From NCBI RefSeq assembly GCF_009914755.1, contig NC_060928.1: 64,000 nt of DNA; one strand, written 5' to 3'. The DNA comes from the human T2T-CHM13v2.0 reference genome, Homo sapiens. The notes below the pieces were generated by a model. That model saw only the letters and a list, made by a program, of their open reading frames with translations. It made no database searches and was not told the DNA's origin. This document shows positions 14,017 to 26,965 of this stretch, piece by piece; position 1 is the first letter of the stretch, and every line of letters begins with the position of its first letter. The translations under genes and the position numbers were made by a program.

Positions 14017-14139
14017 TCACTTATAGTGTATCATAAAATTACAATTACAAAACCCCAACCCCATGAAATAGAAATATATCAAGGCCATTTGGTATATTGC
14101 CAACTCCAACTACAGTCATATGACTTATTAAATTTGATT

Positions 14140-14275
14140 TTTGTTACTTTTGTTTTATAAGAGACAGAGTCTTGTTATGTTGCCTAGGCTGGCCTCAAAC
14201 CCCTGTACTCAAGGGATCCTCTCATCTCAGCTCCTGAGTGGCTGGGATTATAGGCGCATACCAGCATACCTGGCT
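14140..14275 (-). mobile_element. Free left Alu monomer (FLAM)
   Basis: Single antisense monomer gagacagagtcttg...cctggct, flanked by ttgattttt direct repeats. Confidence 0.85.
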
Positions 14276-16230
14276 TTGATTTTTTAAATTAGGAAAGACA
14301 AGTTGAAACACATCAGAAGTATAGGCATAGACGTTTTCTGGCACCCAACTTCAATGTATAATTTACATACTTCAGAAGAAAGGTCTAGAGGTGTTTGCAA
14401 GATGTGACACAGAGAAAGGTAAAAGGTTCATGAATTTTCTGACACATAAATATTTGTACATAGATTATCCCTAGGTTTTCCATCATGTAAATAATTCTGC
14501 TATTTTGTGTTTTTATTTTTCCCCCCATGTTCCAATGTGTCACATATATTTTTGTATTGTTTAGCTCCAAAAAGAGAACAGAGGTGCTTTTTTTAAAAGT
14601 GCTTGACTCTTTTAGAAGGCAAACATGGGCAAAGGCAGAAAAAAGTCTTTAAGAGGATTCGAAGATTACTTGATATTTTGTACTTACATTCATGTCTGTG
14701 GCTTTTAACATGTCTATTTCTCCCAATTACAAGCAAATATGGAGTCATATTTCTCTTTTCACAAGAAGAGAAAGTATTTTTTCAATTAATAATAAAAGAT
14801 AATTTAAAGTATTTAATAAAAATAATTTTTCATCTTGATCTTCTGTGAATACCTTTTATTTGCCCAATATTCAGTATTAGATGTGAATCTAAAAGAAGCT
14901 ATAAACCAAAACACTAACTGCTTAAGAATATAACTCCTCTAACTCAACGAATACTCCAATAATGCACTAAAGTAATGCATTCCCTACGTATGTATTTTCC
15001 TGAAACATACTAGACATTATTAGCTTCGGCTTACAACTAAACACAAATATTAGGGCAATTTTCACCAATGGCAAATGGAGAATTACTCTCTGTCAGATTA
15101 CTACTACTACTAAGGAAACATGCCAAAATATTAAAGGCCAGTATCTTTCGAATGAAGGTACATAGCCAAGGCACAAGGTACAGTGTACTTTTGCTTTGCA
15201 AAAACACAAGTGATTCCTGCTGGCTCATGAGATGGTATGAGAGAATTATAACTGGATAGATACATAATAATTGTGCTAATCCAAGTTATATAATAATAAC
15301 ATTATGAAGGAAGCAGTGTTGTTCATTATCCCATTGCAAACCACTACTATAAATTCAGCCTCTGTGGTGCATCACTTCCTGTGCAAACAAACACTGATAA
15401 TACAACAAGCTGGAAATTCTTCAAAACTAGCAGATTGATAGCACAAATTACTCAGCGAAAGAGAAAGCCTTCAGCAGCTTCAGAAGTGCTTGCTACATAA
15501 GCATGATTAAGTGTTTCTGTACAAAACCACAAATCACAATAATGAATCAGATGAAAATCTTCAATAAGAAACTTAAATGCACCAGCTGGCCTTCATCACT
15601 CAGCAATGTTACAATGTAAAATGATGACATTCTAAATAGCCGGGTTGGCAGCCTCAGCAGACTGTCTCAAGTTAGCTCCCTGTTTTGACAAGCACATCAA
15701 AAAGAAAAACTGACAAATCAAAAGAACATCACCCACTTTTTAAAACTCTCAGAGGGGAGAAAAAGAAACAACAAAAACAATGATTTTCACATCGATAGCT
15801 CTTAAGATTATTAAAACACATTAAAATGAAAAGTTCTATAATCCTATGTCAAATGCTTCATAACCTATTTAATAAATACTAAAATTTGCCCAGTGGTGAG
15901 TCCACATTGTTTTAAGGATGTTTATTTTAAAGCAAGCACATGCTGGTTATTTTTCTTAATTATTGATCAACAACTGACTGGAGTCAGTTATACTACAGTC
16001 TTAACAATATATTAAACTATATAAAATAATATAAAATATATAACAATAAGTAAATTACTACTAACAATATATAAAATAACTACAGGTGTGACATGTTGAA
16101 AACTGAATCAAATTACACTTGATTTTCCTCACACTAAAGTAATTCAGTAGTTTGGATAAACTTGGAATAAAGTATGCCTTTCTCATTTTAAACTACAAAC
16201 AATGGCTTAGGCATATTCAGATGTACATGT

Positions 16231-16616
16231 TGATATCGTTCGGCTCTGTTTACCCACCGAAATCTCATCTTAAACTGTAACCCGAATTGTAATCCCCAGA
16301 TGTTAAGGAAGGGACTTGGTGGGAGGTGATTGGATCATGGGGGCAGTTTCTCCCATGATGTTCTTGTGATAGTGAGTGAGTTCTCATGAAATCTGTTGCT
16401 TTAAAAGCATTTGACAGTTTCCCCTGCGCCCCTCCCCACTCTCTCCCACTGCCTTGGGAAGAAGGTGCCTTCTTCCCCTTCACCTTCCACCATGATTCTA
16501 AGTTTTCTGAGGCCTCCCCAGCCATGCAAAGCTGTGAGTCAATTAAACCTCTTTTGTTTATAAATTACTCAGTCTCAGGTAGTATCTTTACTGTAGTGTG
16601 AAAGTGAATTAATACA
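16231..16616 (+). mobile_element. THE1D-like solo LTR
   Basis: TGATATCGTTCGGCTCTGT...AATACA; 'gggaggtgattggatcatgggggcagtttc', 'gtgagtcaattaaacctctt'. Confidence 0.92.
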
Positions 16617-18072
16617 TGTTGTTATTTCCATGATGCAATATCCATATTAAGAAGTGTCTCCAAAATATACTCAATAATAGCACAGTGCAGAGTAAAGAGT
16701 TTGTTAATGGGAGAGGGCTCACCTCTTAGCTAAATAGAAAGTACTGAGTTCATTACAGGTTATTGTCGCTGAAACCAGATGAGGTTTACCAATTAAATTC
16801 TTAAACATTATCAACTAATTTAATAAAAAGAAATATAATTAGTATGAAATATAAGAAATATAAGAAGAAAGAAATATAATTAGTATGCAATGGAAATGAA
16901 AAATATTTGTCTGCTATGCCTGGATTAAATTTCATGCAAAATAAATTTGCCTTAAATACACTGTCGCTAGACAAAGTGAGTAGTTTGATCACAAGTTGAT
17001 TTAATGGCCACTAGAAAAGATAGATCCAAGACTGACAAAAGATAACCTCAATGGAAATGCAAGTTACTTTTAATTTTTTAAGGAAAATAAAACAACTTTT
17101 ACCAAGAAACATTATGATACAAGACTTTGGAATACATAAATATATATACACATTTTTAAAAAAATCTTTACTTATGGAAATCAGTTGGCTATGGCTAAGA
17201 TATGTATCTGATAAACAAATATTGCCTATTTATATACCTAAATTTGATAGTTCTTTAAAATATGAAGCTACTGCATGACAAATATTCATGGGTTAAAGAG
17301 TAAACTGAAAAATAACATCAATGGCAAAGTCCACCAGTTCATCTTCATGAGGTAAATTTGAAAAGTCATTTTTAAGATTCTCATGGAAGTCTAGCAATCC
17401 TTTAATAAAATTTTTAAATAGGTAAGATTACTGTGAATATTGTGAATAGCATATTATTTTTACCTCATCATGCAAAATCCTCTGACAGTAATAATCAAGT
17501 ATCCACCAATGTCTACCTTTTGGTTATGAAGGATTTTTTTAAGAATATCAAGATCATAGAGTTTGGAATTGGGGACAGACATTGAAAGTTTTCAGATTTT
17601 GAAATCTATTAATACTAAAAGAACATAATAATACTTCAATAATTTTCAAATACATGTTGAATTCATTTACAGTCAAATAATCCATGCCTATGTGCATATT
17701 ATTTTGCTAATCATTATAATGTTTACAAATTAATCCTCATAACAAATGTTTTTAATACCAAATAATAATCTATAATATGTATCTACCATTTCTCTCTTTT
17801 TCTTTACAACAGAATTCCTCTTTCTGTCTCTTTCTCTATATGTGTGTATACTCATTGTCTCTAATTTCTCTCCTACCAAGTTTTCTTAAACTCTCACTAC
17901 ACCAAAAATATTTTTGTCAAGTTTACAAATGATTTGCACATTACTAAAAGCCAAATGGTAAATTCTCAGTCCTTGATTTGATCTTTCAGTAGCATCTGAT
18001 AATATTCAGTACTTGCTAAATATTTTGTCTACAGACATGGTTTTGTTATTATCATTCAGTTAGAAATCTTTG

Positions 18073-18512
18073 TGTTATGGTTTGAATGTTTGTTCTCTCC
18101 AAAACTTACACTGAATGTTAATCTCGAATGTAACATTATTGAAAGGTTGGGCTTTTCAGAAGTGATTAGGTCATGAGGACTCTTCCCTCATAAAGAAATT
18201 AATTCTCTCATAGATTAATCAATTAACAATTTATCATGGGTGTGGGTTAGTTATCATGAGAGTGGGTCTGAGAGTCGGTCTGTCATAAACAGCCAGTTTA
18301 GGCTGTCACCCTTTCCCTCTTGTCCTGTGATGCTTTTGTCCATGTTAGGGTACAGCATGAGGCCCTCCACAGCAGCTGACCAGATGTAGCTGCCTGATGT
18401 TTGACTTCCCGGTCTTTAGAACTGTAAAAAATACATTTCTTTTCATTATAAATTATCCAGTCTCATGTATCCAGATGTATTCAGTTACAGCAACAGAAAG
18501 CAGACTAAGACA
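18073..18512 (+). mobile_element. MSTD-like solo LTR
   Basis: TGTTATGGTTTGAATGTTTG...CAGACTAAGACA; 'gttatcatgagagtgggtctg'. Confidence 0.82.
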
Positions 18513-18604
18513 ATATGTATAATTTGGAATATAAGTCATCATGCTATACCTTTATCAAAATGCCAGATTCATGTATCTAACTACATATGTATCTTTTAAA
18601 AAAT

Positions 18605-19285
18605 TTTTAATGTTTAATTTTTATGGGTACAGAGGTGGCATATAAATTTATGGGGGTACATGAGGTATTCGATACAGGCATACCATGTGCACTAATCACA
18701 TCAGGGTTAATAGGTTATCCATCACTTCAAGCATTTATCATTTCTTTGTGTTACATTCCAGCTATAATTTTAGTTATTTTTAAATATACTATAAATTACT
18801 GTTGACTGTAGTCACCATGTTGTGCTATCAAATATTTAGATTTTATATATTCTATCTAACTGTATTTTTTGTACCCATTAACCATTCCCACTGCCCTCAT
18901 CTCCTACTTCCCCACTATCCTTCCCAGCCTCTGGTAATCATCCTTCTACTCTCTATCTCTATGAGTTCAATTGTTTTACTTTTCAGCTCTCACAAATCAG
19001 TGAGAACATGTGAAGTTTGTCTTTCTGTGCCTGGCTTATTTCACTTAATGTAATGTCTTCCAGTACCATCCATGTTGTTAGAAATGACAGGATCTCAGTA
19101 TTTTTTTATGGCTTACTAGTACTCTATTGTGTATATGTACCACATTTTCTTGATCTGTTCATCTGCTCATGGACCCTGAAGTTGCTTCCAAATCTTGGCT
19201 ATTGTGAGTAGTGCTGCAATAAGCATGGGAGTGCAGATATCTTTTCAATAGACTTCCTTTCTTCTGGGTATATATCTAGCATGGG
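18605..19285 (-). mobile_element. L1MA 3' fragment
   Basis: Antisense L1MA 3'UTR/ORF2 end ('ttatggggtacatgag...gtgagaacatg..ctgtgcctggcttatttcacttaa...gctgcaataagcatgggagtgcagatatc'). Confidence 0.9.
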
Positions 19286-22200
19286 ATGCATAGAAATCTT
19301 GATCTTAATATGCCCTGAAGTGAGGGTCTATTCAACCCCTACATACAACACTCTCCACCCACCACACACACACACACACAAAACAGCCAATTAACTAACC
19401 AAGAAAAATGTCTGTTCCTACCACTTTCTTCCCATCTTACTTTTCATCCTTTGTGTTGCTCAGATCAAACTTTTGGAGGCATCATTGACTTCTCCTCTCT
19501 AACTTGTTATCAAACGCTACTGGCTCTTCAATGTAAGTATTTCAAAAGCTCAATTCTTTTTTTACTTCCTGCACTGCTATCATCCCAGCCATCAACATCT
19601 CCCACCTGAATAACTGCAATTGATTTGCATGGCCCTATGCTTGCCTATTGCAACCCAATGTCAGTATAGCCCAAGAGTTTAGGTAGAGCTTAAATGTAAC
19701 TAGGGGCTTGAATTTTGTTGTTCCTGAAACTCTCAGTCTTGACTTCAACCTTAGTCCTTGATATTTGAATTTGAACCTGGATACCCAAGTGACTCAACCT
19801 ACTTCCTTTCTTTATTTAGGTTCTTCCATACTCAATGCAGCCATCCCGGCTACCCTAATTAGTCCTGCAACATTCTCTCCCTTCATCCTACCAATACTCT
19901 CTGTCCTCCTTCTTTATTTTTCTCCTTAAAATTAAGTTTCTGTACCTCTAGCATAAAGAAAAGCACACGACACAAAGAATTGCTCAATAAATATTTACTT
20001 AAGTGGTGCCACAACTGATCCTATTATTTCTAGTCTCAAGAATTTAATCTAGCCATTAAATTCTAAATATTTTCACCACTTGTTTTACTCACTTTATACT
20101 TGCCATAAAAATCTCACAGATATTATATATATATAATCAAATTGTATTTATTTTATTATACCATTTGATTCTTTTTAATAATTAAATTTATTTAAAATTA
20201 AATTTTTATATGCAAAGAAACAAATTGAGAAAGATGGCGTGATAAGCACACATGGTTAATAAAAGGCAGAGCAAAAATTTAAGCCAGTCTTATTTTGAAA
20301 CTTGTATTTGAAACTTTTATTGTCACAAAAAACAGAGCATCTGGTGATTCTTCTTTATGTCTTTAATGCAATTAAATGTGGATTACTTTTTGCTGTTTTT
20401 AGACACTTTACTCAAAATATATCTTCTATTAAGTCTGTCTTTTTTACATTATTAGGTTTATAATTTATTTATAATCATGTTGTATTTAATAGAGATGTAC
20501 AAGTTAGAGATTGATTAACTTATTTTTAAAGGTCTTGTTTTGTAGAGTCAATTAATTCAGACTTATTTAGACTTAATCTCAGTTATGAAAATGTAGACAA
20601 AATGATGAAGACCAAAATGTATAAAGAGTTGTAAATCTTACAAATACTTTAAAATATTCATTATGATAATTATTAAGTAGGCAAGAAAGAACTATTTATG
20701 AATGTTCATAATCATAGCATTCTCTGATAATATTGTATCTTTTCCTTGCCAATTTTTAAAATGACTGTCATTTTGAATTGCAGAAATTCCAGAAATGTTT
20801 TTCTCTGTGTTACTTTCATAGTAATGTGTAATATGGATTGATAACAAATACTTGTGTTTTCATTTGCAGAATATATATTTTCAAGGATATTTGGAGGATT
20901 TGGGTATCAGATAAGTCAGAATGAGCATTCTAGAGTAAGTCATTTAAACCTAATGCTTCTTAAATGATTGTTCCATTGATAGTGAAGCCAGAATCTGATA
21001 GTCACTAACTTTTTTTCTGGAAATCTTCCATTAGTTGGGAAGGCTGCCAAAGCTCTTCTCTTTTAAGAAGAAAGATGTAAAACAGATTTGAATCAGTATA
21101 GCATTAGATCAATTTTCTCCCTCTTGATAAAACTGCAACTGCATATGCACAAAGATTTTAGATTCCTATTAGTAACACAAGCTTCTGACCCAAGTCTAGC
21201 CATGATTCAAAGTTATTGCTACAAATCTGCTTAAAGTCTCCATTGACTCTTTGAAAACAAAGAGTGAGTCTTCTATTACAGAGGAAGCAGATATTGATTA
21301 AGGGGTTCTGATTTAGTCTGCCATTAAGTATATCATAACCATGTTTTCACTAATGTTGGGCCAAGCCCATATTAGTATTATTAGGATTGGCAATTTCACA
21401 AGTTAAAACAGTTGAGCTCTTATACTCCATAATTCTTACTTCTCTTTCCAATTCATATTTTATTTTATTTTTTCTGTTACATGAAATAATTCCTGGCACC
21501 TATTGCACTCAGGAGCCCTGATTAAGACAAACTGGGAAATGGCAAGCAGAGATTGAGTACAAGTAGGGAAAAAGGATAATGAACAGCAATCAAAGCAAGG
21601 CCTTATGAGTCAAATAGGGAGAGTAATAAAAGAACTTGAACAAGATGGTATTGGGAACAGTACAAGATCTCTATTGTTTGAACAAAATTTTAAGGTCAGA
21701 GATGAATAAAAAACACAGATGAATTTATTTTGTGCTGCTTAGTTTGGTCTGGAGTCCCTTAAAATCTCCAATACATGGAGAAAAGGAAGGAAATTAACAT
21801 TTATTGTATACCCACCATGTTCTGAGCTTGGAGTGATGTACTTTATATAAATTGCCACTTGCATTAACAGTTTAAAAACAGTAATAAGGCATGCAATGTA
21901 ACTCTGAAGGAGAAAGAGGAGAAGGAGGAAGAGGAGGGGGAGAAGGAGAAGAAGGAAGACGGTTTTATTTACTAAGTGTGATCTCAAAGTAACTTATTGA
22001 GTATAAATATACAACACACACATATACAAAGTGAAGATGATAGAAAATTAAGGGAAAAAGAAAATAATAAAATGCATTTGTTTGTATGTGAATAAAATAT
22101 TTCTAGAAATGTTCAGAAGACATCAAAAACATTTTTATTTCCAGAAAAGGGATATGAGTGCGGAAGAGGCTGGGAAGGAGACATTTCTCTGTACATACCT

Positions 22201-22399
22201 TAGTATATTTTGAATCGTGAAGTATGTGAATGTATTCTTCTTCAAATTACAATAAGAACAATCATAATAATTCTGTTTTTCAAACACTTCCTATGTTCTA
22301 AGAACTGTGGTTATCTATTTATACTGCTTTTAGAAAATATAAGTTTCCTGGAAAAAAATCCCTTTCACAATTTAAGAGCCGCAGATTCACATGCATCTC

Positions 22400-23560
22400 T
22401 GCAGATGTCTTCTTTATTTCTGGTGAGACTGAAAAAGAGCTCCTCTTCCTACCCAGAGTAAGCCCCTATACACACATCCATATGCAGGGTGCCTCTCTTC
22501 TCATTGTCTCAAAGACTTTGCCCCTCTTTCTCCTGCACCATAAATCTCTCTTGCTTTACTGAACTCCCCGTCAATGAAAAACAGTCTCTGGTGGTAAACT
22601 CCAACCCTACAATAAACCAACATAAAACACTACAAAAACTCCTTGATTTTTAATGAGACATTTCCATTGTTTTTTCCCCAAAATCTAATTTCTAATTTCC
22701 TATTTTCCCTTCACTCCTCCATCTGTTTTGCTCTGAATACCAATTCAGATTGCCAAATTCAATGGTTATTTTTTTCTGTAATTATCTCTTTTTACTTCTG
22801 TGCAGAACAAAACAGCCAACAACCACCTTCACCTTAAAATTTTGCTTGGCTCTTGTTACACCAGATACTCCTTATCATCTTCCTACTTCACTGGTTGTTC
22901 CTTCCTGTCTCTTTTGTAGACTCTTCCTCAATGCCTAACTCTAAAGAGTTTGAATTTCCCAGGGATCTATTCTCTATTTTTGTCTTCAATCTCTCCTTAA
23001 ATGTTCTCATCAATTTCCATGAGTTTTAATATTATTGATGTGTTGAAATCTATCTCCAAGCTGAGCTCTTGTGATAACTGTAACCTCCCACCCACTTTAC
23101 TTCACATCTTTACTGGTTACCACATGAGCTTTTTAAATTTAACATGTTCAAAATGCAGCTCTAGATTCTTGCTCCCCTTCCCTTCAGTTCCTCAAACATG
23201 TCACATTCTTTTCTTCCTTAGGTCCTTTGCACAAGCTGTTTCCTCTGCCTCACTCTTCCTTCTGTGTTTTGCCTGATGACTTCTATTTAGTTTTCCATGT
23301 TCATGCTTTGATGGCACACCTTCAGAGACCTGACAAGTCTGCCAATTTGGATATCATACCAACTTCATTTTCATGGTGAACTTCACAGCAGTGATTTTAT
23401 ACTGTATTTATATGTCTATTCTTCACTTAAAGAAAAACATATTAGACTTTAGCCTGCAGGACAGCAATATGTACATCTCTTTTATTCATTAATGTATCTG
23501 GCATGCCTAGGATATCTGGCATATTGCAGATAATAAATCATTGTTGAATAAATGAATGAA
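22400..23560 (+). mobile_element. L2 LINE remnant with 3' end
   Basis: Pyrimidine-rich L2 body ending in the canonical tail 'aataaat..ttgttgaataaatgaatgaa'; start approximate. Confidence 0.7.
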
Positions 23561-23643
23561 GAGATAGAATAATATCTTCTTTAATCTTTCTCCATTACCA
23601 TTACCAAGAATTTGCTTGATTATGTCAATTGAGAGCTCACAAG

Positions 23644-25486
23644 TGTCACAGGATCCTTTGGGTGTCACTTTTCCAGCATGAAACCTCTGTGGCTGGTGGT
23701 ATCAGCCTTTGCCCAAGTTTTGCTTGGGCCCACTGGGCTCATTCCACCCACTCAGCCTGGCAGGCTGTGCTTGGCTCATGCTAGCAGCCAAGATCCCACA
23801 CCTGCCAAGGGCAAGCCAGGAGCAGAGTGGTGCAGGGTGCTTGCATGAGCAAGCGTGGGGTCCGGCCACTGTGCACAGCTAGGCAGACCAGCAGCTGCAG
23901 CAGGGTGGGCAGCTCCAGGCTCTGGCACAGGCACTGGATCCATGCAAGCCAATGGCTGGATCAGATGTACCGCAAGCAGCTTCTGCTGTAGGCACCTGTG
24001 TGAGGGGAATGTGGCAATGCCTAGAAGCTTGGAGCCACTAGAAACCACAAAGCTCCAAAGAGGGTATCACAGCCCTGCTTGGGAGGCCCCTAAATCTGGG
24101 CTCCCAGAATGACCACAGCTCTTCTCTTCTTCCTGTCACCCATAATATGGTGAGTGGGGGAGGGGGTGTGTTTCAGCCCTGTTTGTGCTAAAGCTCTTTC
24201 AGTTCCACCATTCAGCAGGTCCCAAGTTCTTGCCGCGGTCTAGGAAGAATGAGGTACATGGACAACTGGAGGGTGAGCAAGGCAGAGAAGAGCTTTATTG
24301 AGCAATAGAACTGCTCTTAGGAGACCTGAAATGGGTAGCTCCTTTCTGCAGGCAGGTCGTTCCAACAAGTGTCCAGCTTTCAGCCCAGAGGAGACCCATA
24401 GTGGGTAGCTCCTTTCCACAGGAAGGGCATTCCGTGAGTGTCCAGGTCTCGTTAGAGAGAAGACCCATGGTGGGTAGCTCCTTTCTGCATGCAGATCATC
24501 CTGATGAGCGTAGCCCTCAGCAGAGAGGAGAATGGAAGCTCCTATCCACAGGCAGGTCATCCCAACAAGTGTCCAGCTCTCAGCCAAGAGGAGAACTGGA
24601 GTGAGTAGCTCCTTTCTGCGGGCAGGAGATCCCAATGAGTGTCCAGCTCTCAGAGGGTAGGCGACCTGGAGTGGGTAGCTCCTTTCTGCAGGCATGTCAT
24701 CCCGACAAGTTGAAGAGACCCTACGTGGGTAGCTCCTTCTGTAGCTGGTAGTCCTGATGTTTGTGTGAGTCTGGCTGAGTCCAGGGTTTTTATGGGCTCA
24801 GAAGGGAGGAAGTGCATGCTGATTGGTCCATGGGAGTCCACGGGCAGGCCTGGAAAAAGCAACATAATTCTCGCTCCTGTCCACCAACTTCATTCAGAAC
24901 TATTCATTCAGTCTGGCTCCCGGGCTTCAGGTCATTCCTGGCTTGAAAGACGGGTTTCACCAGGCACCTGTCTGACTCCTGCCATCCATCAATCTTGTCA
25001 TCCATGGCACCCTGGCAGTCTACACCAAGGGGAGCCTGCTGGCCTGCACAAGCTGGACTCAGCACCCCTGGCCTCTGTCCCATGTTGGTCAGCACCCAAA
25101 CTCTGGTGGGGACTGAGGTGGGGAGGCTGGTGTGTCAGCACCACCCTCAGCTCACACACGCTCTGCAACTTTGCCCCACCACAGAGCAGATGCCAGAGTT
25201 CGGAGAGGGCAGGAAGTGGGAGCAGGCACTTCTGAGTCTGTGGGAACAGGGGGGATCCTGGGTCCCCAGAGTGCAGCAATGCCTGGATCTGGAGCTGCAG
25301 TTGGCTGGCTGCAGCTGTGCCCAGGAGCACAGCGCTCCCGCCCTGCTGAACCAGCAGGGGGCCAGGCTCTCTCACCTGTTCCTAACTCCCCTCTGGCTCC
25401 ATGGAGCATGTGACCCCAGCCATGCCTCCCCTGTTGCAGCCAGTGTCTTCACAGTGGCTGCCCCAGATGGGCTGCTGCCGCCATCA
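23644..25486 (-). mobile_element. MER52A-type ERV1 solo LTR (~1.84 kb)
   Basis: Reverse complement runs TGATGGCGGCAGCAGCCCATCTGG...TGTGACA; GC-rich; internal ~68-bp repeat array; AATAAA on the minus strand near 24295. Confidence 0.9.
24320..24750. repeat. Degenerate ~55-70-bp tandem array inside MER52A (~7 units)
   Basis: Recurring 'gggtagctcctttctgcaggcagg' at about 24333, 24403, 24472, 24535, 24603, 24673 and 24727. Confidence 0.85.
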
Positions 25487-25616
25487 GTGTAGTGGAAGAT
25501 ATACCATATCATCAATACAGAGTTTACTGATAATGCAAAACTGTCTTTTGATGACTTTGTATCTCTTTTATCCATCATTTATGTAGAAAAATCAGAACAC
25601 ATATTTTGTAATCTCA

Positions 25617-25850
<234 letters not shown>

Positions 25851-26562
25851 TTAGGGTTATCCATATAAATAAAATCAAATAAATTATGAATTTTACTAAA
25901 TAGAGAAAATGCAGTTTGGATTTTTTTATTATGTTTATGTTTCTATACACATTGAAAAGAACTATACCTTTGAGTCACTAAATGAATAAAGTTAAAATGA
26001 GTAGAAACATAACATGTAAAACTCAAGCCATATTTATTTTTAGACCATTTATTAAGAACACAGTGGCCCTATATTTTGAGGCCATACTTGTACTTAAATA
26101 ATGCATTCCCAGGAACTAGGAGAGTAGCCAATTATAGATAAGCATAAGGGGCAATATTTGTGATTTATCAACCCCTCTTCCCTAAGTTCTTTCCTGAGGT
26201 AATTGTTCAATGAGTATAAGTGGAGATCTTGTTAGTAAGGAAGAATTGTACAACTATATTGTACAACTATATACTATACATACAACTATATACTATATAA
26301 AATGTATTTGCATTTTAATAATGCAATCATTAACTTTCAGGACTTTTTCCACGTAGTATTGAGTCTATACCCAAAGGAGGAAAACTAGACTATGGTGTAG
26401 TTGAAAAGAGACAATTTTAATGACTACTAATTTTAATCTTGCCAGTTTTTGCTTTTTTCTTCTCTGCTTGTTTCTGACACACAGCATAGCACAGGACTTC
26501 ATAAAACTGAAACCTATTATTTACTTGTTTACAATTATTTTATATTTATATTTAAATGAATA

Positions 26563-26965
26563 TTATCTTCACTCCTCCCAATCTTTTCAGACTTTAATAG
26601 TCACAGTTCTATTCTCTTCTTCTATGACCTCAACTTTGTTAGCTTCTATGTATTAGTGATAACATGTCATATTTACCTTCTTGTTCCTTGACTTTTTTCA
26701 CTTAATGTAATGTCCTCTGGGCTCATCCATGTTTCTCCAAAGGGAGAGGTTAACAGAAACAAAATTACTTCTAGATAGGAGAAATAAATTCTAGTGTTCT
26801 ATAGCTGCATGGGATGGCTATAGTTAATAGTTTAGCGTATATTTTTCAATAGCTAGAAGAGAGGATTTTGAATGCTCTCAACACAAAGAAATAATAAAAT
26901 CTGATGTGATTAATATGTTACCATGATATATGTATAATAATGTCTGAATTAAATATAAAATAAAA
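26563..26965. mobile_element. L1MA 3' end with 5' inversion (minus ~26563-26740, plus ~26741-26965)
   Basis: Two consecutive L1MA 3' segments in opposite orientation, followed by an A-rich tail. Confidence 0.78.

Noticed and set aside
21739-21987. Leu-rich signal-peptide-like ORFs (also 31145-31504)
   Set aside because: These are translations of GA-rich or (AAT/AAC)-rich low-complexity tracts
24320-24750. CRISPR-like regularly spaced repeats
   Set aside because: The intervening sequences are homologous to each other rather than unique spacers, the context is primate LTR, and there are no cas genes
23776-25586. Dense overlapping ORFs up to 165 aa on both strands
   Set aside because: All lie in the GC-rich MER52A LTR, where stop codons are scarce; the repetitive peptides mirror the 68-bp array and show no recognisable domain
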